A DNA stretch of 64,000 nt from an uncultured Pelagibacteraceae bacterium (GTDB taxonomy: Bacteria > Pseudomonadota > Alphaproteobacteria > Pelagibacterales > Pelagibacteraceae): NCBI GenBank assembly GCA_902616725.1, contig CACMTZ010000002.1, positions 126,811 through 190,810 of the forward strand, read 5' to 3'. Within the stretch, counting starts at the first letter, position 1, and each line of letters begins with the position of its first letter. The notes under the pieces were generated by a model, which made no database searches, was not told the DNA's origin, and saw only the letters and a program-made list of their open reading frames with translations. Of this stretch, positions 39,832-47,372 are shown piece by piece. Both the position numbers and the translations under genes were made by a program.

Positions 39832-41283
39832 ATGAAAAATAATATCAATTGGAATTTTGATAACACATATTCCAAATTACCTGAGCCATTTAGAGAAGAG
39901 ATAAACCCAGTAAAAGTTAAAAATCCTAAACTGATTTTATTAAATGAGTCTTTGGCCAAGGATTTAAATTTAGACTTTTCTGAAATAAGTCAGTCTGAGT
40001 TATCGGCCATATTTACAGGAAACGAATTGCCGAAAAATAGTAATTCAATAGCACAAGCTTATGCAGGTCATCAATTTGGCCATTTTACAATGCTTGGTGA
40101 CGGTAGAGCAGTTTTGATTGGAGAACATGTATCTAAAAATAACCATAGATACGATATTCAATTTAAAGGCTCGGGAAAAACTGCTTTTTCAAGAAATGGA
40201 GACGGAAGAGCAGCGTTAGGGCCTATGCTTAGAGAATATATAATAAGTGAAGCAATGTATGCCTTAAATATACCAACGACGCGAAGTTTAGCGGTTGCAA
40301 AAACTGGAGAAAATGTAATTAGAGAGACACAATTAGAAGGTGCTATACTCACCAGAGTAGCATCAAGTCATATTAGAGTAGGAACTTTTCAGTATATTGC
40401 AGCAAGGAATAAAAAAGGTGAGTTAGAGACATTATTTGATTATGTTGTCAAAAGACATTACCCAGAAATTGAAAATTCAAAAAATAAAGCCTTAGATCTT
40501 TTAAAAGTTGTTTTAAATAAACAGATTGATTTAGTTGTCAATTGGATGAGAGTTGGATTCATTCATGGTGTAATGAATACAGATAACATGAGTATAGCTG
40601 GTGAGACTATTGACTACGGACCATGTGCTTTCATGGATATTTATGATCCGAAAACTGTATTTAGTTCAATTGATAAATTAGGTAGATATGCTTATTGCAA
40701 TCAGCCGGTTATAACTAAATGGAATCTTTCAAGATTTGCTGAGTGCTTGATACCTTTGATTGATAAAGACCAAGACACAGCTGTAAAATTAGCAACTGAA
40801 ATAATTGACACTTTTGAAAAAACATATGAAGAGAAGTGGTTAAATATGATGAGAGCTAAGCTAGGCTTTATTGGTTCGGATAAAAAAGATAAGTACCTAA
40901 TTTTAGACTTACTCACTTGGATGCATCAAAATAAAGTTGATTACACAAATACATTTTGCCACTTGATGAACTTTAAAACTCAAAAAGATAATATTTATGA
41001 AGGTGCTGATTTTAGCAACTGGAAAAAAAGGTGGCAGGAAAGATCATCAAGTCATGATAATTCAAAGGAAAAGCATAAAAAATTGATGAGAAGTACGAAC
41101 CCTCTTTTAATTCCAAGAAATCATATAGTTGAAAATACTCTTAGAGATGTAGATCAAGGAAATTTGGAACCTTTGCTTAACTTTTTAAAAATCTTAAATA
41201 GCCCCTATACTGATCAAAAAGATATCAGTGAATACCAAATATTATCCACAAATGAAAATTATCAAACTTTTTGTGGAACTTAA
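39832..41283 (+). CDS. selO: protein adenylyltransferase SelO (YdiU/UPF0061)
   Basis: About 483 aa with AYAGHQFGHF, LGDGRAVL, KGSGKT and HGVMNTDNMSIAGETIDYGP. I prefer the ATG at 39832 to the TTG at 39814. Confidence 0.9.
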   Translation: MKNNINWNFDNTYSKLPEPFREEINPVKVKNPKLILLNESLAKDLNLDFSEISQSELSAIFTGNELPKNSNSIAQAYAGHQFGHFTMLGDGRAVLIGEHVSKNNHRYDIQFKGSGKTAFSRNGDGRAALGPMLREYIISEAMYALNIPTTRSLAVAKTGENVIRETQLEGAILTRVASSHIRVGTFQYIAARNKKGELETLFDYVVKRHYPEIENSKNKALDLLKVVLNKQIDLVVNWMRVGFIHGVMNTDNMSIAGETIDYGPCAFMDIYDPKTVFSSIDKLGRYAYCNQPVITKWNLSRFAECLIPLIDKDQDTAVKLATEIIDTFEKTYEEKWLNMMRAKLGFIGSDKKDKYLILDLLTWMHQNKVDYTNTFCHLMNFKTQKDNIYEGADFSNWKKRWQERSSSHDNSKEKHKKLMRSTNPLLIPRNHIVENTLRDVDQGNLEPLLNFLKILNSPYTDQKDISEYQILSTNENYQTFCGT

Positions 41284-42387
41284 TTAAAGAACATATGGCT
41301 CATGTCTCGCCTGTTTACCTAAAACTCTCTCTACAGCCATATTTGAAATATCAATTGATTGATAAGCACCCGTCGTAATCAATTCTGTTAATGCTCTACC
41401 AATTCCCGGGGCTTGCATTAATCCTCTTCCTGTGAAACCTGTTGCTAAGTAAACATTTTCAAATTTTGGATGTTTTCCAACAACTGCATTGTTATCAAGT
41501 CGATTGCAATCATAATATCCAGCCCATCCACCAGTTAATTTTAATTCTTCCATAGCCGGTATTCTATGAGCTAATGCTGGCCAAACCAATTCTTCAAAAT
41601 CATCCCATGCAGGTTCAAGATCTTTGGCATCAAAGACTGATTTTGGTGAACCAGCTAAGTATTCTTTACCTTCAGGTCTCCAATAAACTCCTGTTGTTAG
41701 ATCTCCCGTTAATGGCATTTCAGGAATATGTTTTGGGCACTTTACTCTGAAAACTGTATGTTTTTGAGGTTCAACAGGGATATCTTCTAAAAGCTCTTTA
41801 GTCCAACATCCAGCTGCTGAAATAATTGTCTTAGCATTAATTTCTGAAAGAGATTTAACTTCACCCTTAACAAATTCTGCGCCAAGATCAATTGCTTTAC
41901 TTTTTAGAGCACTATGAAACATGAAGGGGTCAATCCATCCTTCACTTTGATTGTCAGTAAAAGTCGCTGTTTCAATTCCCTCACTATTGATATATGGAAA
42001 AAAATTATTCAACTCAGAGCCTTTGATATTTTTTGTTCCCGCATCACAAGCTTTATGATTTTCGAGCGCTTTATATTGTTCATCTGCATGCTCAGGTCCA
42101 AACATTAATAAATAACCATTAGTCACCATACTGGCAGTGGGTTTTGGATTTTTTTCAGTTTTTAATAAATCTGGAATTTGAAAAATAAATTCTCTGGCAA
42201 ATTTTCCTAATAAAATATTTTCTTTTTGGAAAAATTGTCTTCTAAAGCCACCTAATGACAAAGGGAAAGAAGCAGTTTTATAAGTTGGATCTTTTTCTAT
42301 AACTTTAACTTTTCTGCCCTCTTTTGATAAAAAGTAAGCAGTCGCGGCTCCAATTATTCCACCACCAACTATTACAACATCATCCAT
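41284..42387 (-). CDS. FAD-dependent oxidoreductase (DAO family)
   Basis: 367 aa with the N-terminal dinucleotide fold VVIVGGGIIGAATAYFLSKEG and the C-terminal ATGFTGRGLMQAPGIG. It has a 1-nt overlap with the tspO stop. Confidence 0.8.
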   Translation of the reverse strand: MDDVVIVGGGIIGAATAYFLSKEGRKVKVIEKDPTYKTASFPLSLGGFRRQFFQKENILLGKFAREFIFQIPDLLKTEKNPKPTASMVTNGYLLMFGPEHADEQYKALENHKACDAGTKNIKGSELNNFFPYINSEGIETATFTDNQSEGWIDPFMFHSALKSKAIDLGAEFVKGEVKSLSEINAKTIISAAGCWTKELLEDIPVEPQKHTVFRVKCPKHIPEMPLTGDLTTGVYWRPEGKEYLAGSPKSVFDAKDLEPAWDDFEELVWPALAHRIPAMEELKLTGGWAGYYDCNRLDNNAVVGKHPKFENVYLATGFTGRGLMQAPGIGRALTELITTGAYQSIDISNMAVERVLGKQARHEPYVL

Positions 42388-42869
42388 TAATTTAATATTA
42401 GTAAGTTAATATTCAGAAATAATGCATAGCAACACCAAAGTAAATAGGGAATCATTAAATAATAACTCACAAAATTGACACGCTTATATCTAATTACTAA
42501 AGTAATTATTAAACCAATTAAGATTACTAAAACAACTAAAGCTAAAAAAATTTGGTGTAATCCAAAAAAAACGATACTCCAAGTTGTATTAAATATAATA
42601 TGAATAAAATAAATATAAATCGTGTTCATGTCTCTATTTTTACTATGCCAAAAAAACCAAATAGCGACTGTCATCATTAAATATAGCGTTGTCCAAACAG
42701 GTGCAAATATCCAATTAGGTGGGTTAAAATCAGATTTGACTAATTGAGAATACCAAGGGTCTTTAAAATTAATTGTGACTAAACTTCCAATAAATGAGGC
42801 TGAAAATGTGATAATAAAAAAAAGTATGAATGATAAAAATTTATTTTTTAACATTAAAGTATTATACAT
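42387..42869 (-). CDS. tspO: TspO/MBR tryptophan-rich sensory protein
   Basis: 160 aa with 5 TM helices and the PPNWIFAPVWTTLYLMM motif. Confidence 0.88.
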   Translation of the reverse strand: MYNTLMLKNKFLSFILFFIITFSASFIGSLVTINFKDPWYSQLVKSDFNPPNWIFAPVWTTLYLMMTVAIWFFWHSKNRDMNTIYIYFIHIIFNTTWSIVFFGLHQIFLALVVLVILIGLIITLVIRYKRVNFVSYYLMIPYLLWCCYALFLNINLLILN

Positions 42870-42878
42870 CTTTAGATA

Positions 42879-43640
42879 ATGAATAAAAAAACAATTTGGA
42901 TAACAGGTGGGAGTACTGGAATCGGCAAAGCTCTTGCAATAAAATTTGCTAATGAAGGGTGGAATGTTGCTATTTCAGCTAGACGTGAGAATCTTCTCAA
43001 TGAGATTGCTGACAATCATGAAAATATAAGTCCATTTCCATTAGATGTGACTGATAAATCAAAATGTAAAGAGGTTTTTGAAAAAATTAAGAATAAATTT
43101 GAAAATATAGATATTTGTTTTTTTTCCACTGGTACATGGAATCCAAAAAAAGAAAGAGATATTGATATTGAGCAAATTGAGGAAGTCTTTAAAATTAATT
43201 TTTTTGGGACATTGAATGCTATCAAAGCAGTTGAAGAATATTTTAAAAAAAAGAAAAGTGGAACAATTACTATCGTTTCCTCAATTGCCGGTTATAGAGG
43301 TTTACCAAATTCAACTGGATATGGACCTTCAAAATCTGCTCTAAATAATTTAGCAGAAAGTCTATATTTTGACTTTAGTCGATCAAATGTCAGAGTATGC
43401 TTGGTATCTCCAGGTTTTATCAAAACTCCAATGACTGATAAAAATGATTTTAAAATGCCCTTTTTAAAAACTACTGAGTATGCGGCTGAAAAAATATATG
43501 ATGGCTTGGTTAATAAAAAAACTTTTGAAATTCATTTTCCAAAATCATTAACTATTGTACTGAAGATCTTAAGTTTTCTTCCGAGTAAGATTTATTTTGG
43601 TTTAGTTGGAAAATTAACAAAATATCAAAAGAAAGATTAA
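42879..43640 (+). CDS. short-chain dehydrogenase/reductase
   Basis: 253 aa with TGGSTGIGKA, YGPSKSA and a hydrophobic C-terminal tail. Its start codon is 9 bp from the divergent tspO start. Confidence 0.88.
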   Translation: MNKKTIWITGGSTGIGKALAIKFANEGWNVAISARRENLLNEIADNHENISPFPLDVTDKSKCKEVFEKIKNKFENIDICFFSTGTWNPKKERDIDIEQIEEVFKINFFGTLNAIKAVEEYFKKKKSGTITIVSSIAGYRGLPNSTGYGPSKSALNNLAESLYFDFSRSNVRVCLVSPGFIKTPMTDKNDFKMPFLKTTEYAAEKIYDGLVNKKTFEIHFPKSLTIVLKILSFLPSKIYFGLVGKLTKYQKKD

Positions 43641-44185
43641 TCTTTTACAAATACTACAGTCAATTCAGCGACTTTAATTCCAAATTTAGTCATTGTAGCT
43701 CTATTAATTGCTACTCGATCATCCTGTTTAAAAATCCAATCATCGAAAGTAATCTTAATTTCTTTACCTTTTACTGGAACTAATAAAACATACTCAAATT
43801 TAAATGCGGGACCATATGAATATCCCTTGGCTTTACCAACTACGTCTCCAGCAGTTCCCTCATAATTGTTGTCATCTATTTTAGTAATTTGCCATTGTCT
43901 AGTTTGTACTTCACCGTCATCCCAATTAAATTTTTCATCAAGAATTAACTGCTTACCATCCCACTTACCATCTAAATCTGCTGAAAATTGTCTAGTAACT
44001 TTTCCAGATCTATTCTGAAGAACTCCCCAAGCTTTAACATTGCCCGACAAGTAATTTTCTATGATTAATCTCGGTTCTTTACCTTTAAAATCTTCTGGTT
44101 TCATATCGCTATTATTTGAGCAGTTTGTAATTAAGAATAAAGAGATTATCAATAAAATTGATCTTAAGTTTATTATTTTGCTCAC
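43637..44185 (-). CDS. DUF3833-family lipoprotein
   Basis: 182 aa with the lipobox LITNC and YEGTAGDVVGKAKG…FDDWIFKQDD…N, as I recall for DUF3833. It is the last gene of the lipid-modification cluster. Confidence 0.65.
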   Translation of the reverse strand: MSKIINLRSILLIISLFLITNCSNNSDMKPEDFKGKEPRLIIENYLSGNVKAWGVLQNRSGKVTRQFSADLDGKWDGKQLILDEKFNWDDGEVQTRQWQITKIDDNNYEGTAGDVVGKAKGYSYGPAFKFEYVLLVPVKGKEIKITFDDWIFKQDDRVAINRATMTKFGIKVAELTVVFVKD

Positions 44186-44198
44186 AAGCCCCCGTTAT

Positions 44199-45377
44199 TT
44201 ATTTATTTTGAATTGAAAATTGTATCAGATCAATATTTTTCGATTTAAATCCAGCCTCACAATAAGATAGGTAAAACTCCCACATTCTTTTAAAAGTTAA
44301 ATCAAAACCTTGTTTTTTAATGAGATCCCATTTTCTATTAAATTCATTTTTCCAAATAGCTAATGTATTTGCATAATGATCAGCATATGAGTCGTAAGAC
44401 TTTATTGTTAAACCATTGTCTGAAACATATTTGTTTAAGCTATTTTTACTTGGCAAAAATCCTCCTGGAAAAATATATTTTTGAATAAAATCTTGTTTCG
44501 TTTTATATCTATCAAATAAACTATCATCTATTGTAATTGCTTGAATGGCAGCCCTACCATCTGTAGAAAGGTTTTTCTTAATAGTTTTAAAATAACTTTC
44601 CAAATAATTTTGCCCTACTGCCTCAATCATTTCTATCGACGCTATTGAATTATATTTATTCTTTAAATCTCTATAGTCTTTTATTTCAATATTTACTTTT
44701 TCATTTAAACCACAATTATGAATTCTTTTTTTTGCGTATTCGAATTGTTTTTTTGAAATAGTAATACAATCTAATTTTACATCATATTTTTTTCCTAAAT
44801 ATTCTGCAAAACCACCCCAGCCACATCCGATTTCTAAAACCCTATCACCATTATTAGGTTTTATTAAATCTATCATTTTTTGATATTTGTTATTTTGTGC
44901 ATCTGAGAGATCTTTAGTGGTCTCACTAAAAATTCCACTTGAGTAAGTTAAGGTTTCATCAAGCCATAAAGAAAAAAAATCATTTCCTAAGTCATAATGT
45001 TTTGCAATATTTTTCTTACTTCTATTTTTTGTATTTTTTATAAAGATCCCTTTTAAAAAATTTATAATTGGAAAATCGAGTAAACCTGAAAACTTGTATA
45101 TGATTTTGATGTTTCGAGCTGTTATTTCAATGAGATTGGATAAATTATCAGTTTCAAATTCTCCTCTCATGTAAGACTCAGCAAAACCAATGCTGCCACC
45201 CTTTATAAGATTAAAAGAAAAATTTTGTTTTTTAATTTTCAATTTAGCTTTTAAATTATCCTGAGGATTTCCAAATTTAAAAACTTCTCCTTGATAATTT
45301 GTAATTTCTAGATATCCAACATTTATTCCGGCTAATATGTTAAAAACCAGTTTGTCTGAAAGTCTATTTAAGGACAT
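44199..45377 (-). CDS. cyclopropane-fatty-acyl-phospholipid synthase-family SAM-dependent methyltransferase
   Basis: 392 aa with HYDLGNDFF, the SAM motif VLEIGCGWGGFAEY, FPGGFLPS and YLSYCEAGF. Confidence 0.88.
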   Translation of the reverse strand: MSLNRLSDKLVFNILAGINVGYLEITNYQGEVFKFGNPQDNLKAKLKIKKQNFSFNLIKGGSIGFAESYMRGEFETDNLSNLIEITARNIKIIYKFSGLLDFPIINFLKGIFIKNTKNRSKKNIAKHYDLGNDFFSLWLDETLTYSSGIFSETTKDLSDAQNNKYQKMIDLIKPNNGDRVLEIGCGWGGFAEYLGKKYDVKLDCITISKKQFEYAKKRIHNCGLNEKVNIEIKDYRDLKNKYNSIASIEMIEAVGQNYLESYFKTIKKNLSTDGRAAIQAITIDDSLFDRYKTKQDFIQKYIFPGGFLPSKNSLNKYVSDNGLTIKSYDSYADHYANTLAIWKNEFNRKWDLIKKQGFDLTFKRMWEFYLSYCEAGFKSKNIDLIQFSIQNK

Positions 45378-46135
45378 TAATTTTCAAAAGATATGTTGTT
45401 TCTTATTTTCAATTTTTTTTGGATAAACTTTATTCCTTTGGTCCATAATTTAAACGCTTCAAAATGTATCGCTGCAATAATTTTAAACGTCATTAGGGGA
45501 TGTTTTAAATAAGATTTAATTAACTCTGAAGTTGTAAAATCTTTTCTTTTCCCATCTTGAGAGGCATATAATATTTTTTCGTTTAATTGATATTGATCTA
45601 TGATTACTGAGATCTTATCTGCAGGTTTTAAAATTCTAAAAAAATAACTACAATTCATTTCAATGAATGGTGAAACATGAAATTTTTTCTCGCAATTGTG
45701 TTGCAATAAATTGTCATTTTTTACTTTAAAAACATAGGTGTGTTGCTCACCAAAAGTATTTTTGACTTCATATAATATGGATATCAAATCATTATTATTA
45801 TTGTACACATAAAAAACACTTAATGGATTAAAAACATATCCAAAGATTCTTGGGTAACATAAAAGTTTAATTTTAATATTTTCACTACTAATATTATTTT
45901 GATTAAGATTTTTTTTAACCCAATCGATTAATAGTGATCCATCTCTTTCTCCATGGTCTTTATCAAAAAAACTTACTAAATTAAATTTATTGTATGAAAA
46001 AAAACTAATTGTTTTATCTAATTTTTCTAATTCAGAAAGATCAATTAAAAGTGAAAATACCCTGTATTTAAAAAAATGTATCTTTGGTTTAAATCTTTTG
46101 TGAATTACAGTGCCATTATATATACAACTAGTCAT
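45377..46135 (-). CDS. DUF1365-family protein
   Basis: IYNGTVIHKRFKPKIHFFKYRVFSLLIDLSEL N-terminus, typical of DUF1365. It has a 1-nt overlap with the methyltransferase start. I prefer the start at 46135; 46156 is the alternative. Confidence 0.75.
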   Translation of the reverse strand: MTSCIYNGTVIHKRFKPKIHFFKYRVFSLLIDLSELEKLDKTISFFSYNKFNLVSFFDKDHGERDGSLLIDWVKKNLNQNNISSENIKIKLLCYPRIFGYVFNPLSVFYVYNNNNDLISILYEVKNTFGEQHTYVFKVKNDNLLQHNCEKKFHVSPFIEMNCSYFFRILKPADKISVIIDQYQLNEKILYASQDGKRKDFTTSELIKSYLKHPLMTFKIIAAIHFEAFKLWTKGIKFIQKKLKIRNNISFEN

Positions 46136-47366
46136 TAAGAGTTTTGAGCATTTCAATAGATGATTTTATTCCATCTTCATGAAATCCGTAACCAAAATAA
46201 CTACCACAATAAAGAATATTTCTTTTATTTTGTAAATTTTTAAGCTGACTTTGAAAATTAAGTGCAGATTGATCAAAATATGGATGTGTAAATCTTACTT
46301 TTTTTAAAATTTTCTTCTCATTAATTTTAAAATAAGGATTTAAGGTAAGAAAAATATTTTCATCACATTTAAGGTTTTGTAATAAATTTAACCAATATGT
46401 AATTGAATTTTTTTCTATTTCATCCTTTTTCATTGATGAATTCCATGAGCACCAAACTTTTTTATTTTTTGGCATAGCTTGTTCATCGGTATGAATATAA
46501 GCAATATTTTCCTTATACTTATAATTTGAAAGCACATTCTTTTCCTGGTCAGTTGGATTATCAATTATTGATAAAGCTTCATCTGCATGTGTTGCTAAAA
46601 CAACTTTGTCGTATCCAAAATATTCACTTTCTCCTCCATAATACAAATCTATACCTGTTGTTTTTGGTTTAATTTTTTTGATTGGATAATTTTTGAAATG
46701 TTCACCGCTGATTTTTGAAATAATGTTTTGAACATAAGTTCTGCTCCGATTTGATACAGTGTACCATTGAGGTCTATTTTTTAATTTAAACAAACCATGA
46801 TTTTGAAAAAACTTTAAGAAAAATCTTAACGGCATTTGACTGGCAGCACTTGGTGGCATTGACCATATGGCTGAGACCATCGGTATCAAATGAAAGTTGA
46901 TAAACTCTTTTGAAAGATTTTCCTTTCTCAAATAATCACCAAGTGTAGTCTCTTGATCAATTTTTTTTATATTATCACATTTTTTGTAAAACTTTATTAT
47001 ATCAAAAAACATTTTGAGGAATCTTAGATTAAATAGATTGGTCTTATTTGAAAAAATTCCATTTAATCCACGACCGCAATATTCGAATGAAGATTTTTCA
47101 ACTGATACAGAAAAAGACATATCGCTTTTTTCAATTGTAATATTATTCTCTTCGAAAAAATTTATTAAATTTGGGTAAGTTGCGTAATTAAAAACAATAA
47201 AACCTATATCAACAGGAACTTTTTTTGTACCAAACGGTAAATCAATAGTATGAGAGTGACCACCGAAACGATCTTCCTTCTCGAAAAGATCTACATGATG
47301 TTTTTTTGATAAGTAATATGCAGCGCTTAATCCTGATATGCCTGAGCCGACAACAGCAATCTTCAT
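46128..47366 (-). CDS. NAD(P)/FAD-dependent oxidoreductase, flavin amine-oxidase-like
   Basis: 412 aa with MKIAVVGSGISGLSAAYYL…LFEKEDRFGGH. Such proteins always partner DUF1365 and CFA-synthase-like genes in other proteobacteria. Confidence 0.82.
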   Translation of the reverse strand: MKIAVVGSGISGLSAAYYLSKKHHVDLFEKEDRFGGHSHTIDLPFGTKKVPVDIGFIVFNYATYPNLINFFEENNITIEKSDMSFSVSVEKSSFEYCGRGLNGIFSNKTNLFNLRFLKMFFDIIKFYKKCDNIKKIDQETTLGDYLRKENLSKEFINFHLIPMVSAIWSMPPSAASQMPLRFFLKFFQNHGLFKLKNRPQWYTVSNRSRTYVQNIISKISGEHFKNYPIKKIKPKTTGIDLYYGGESEYFGYDKVVLATHADEALSIIDNPTDQEKNVLSNYKYKENIAYIHTDEQAMPKNKKVWCSWNSSMKKDEIEKNSITYWLNLLQNLKCDENIFLTLNPYFKINEKKILKKVRFTHPYFDQSALNFQSQLKNLQNKRNILYCGSYFGYGFHEDGIKSSIEMLKTLND

Positions 47367-47372
47367 TAATTG

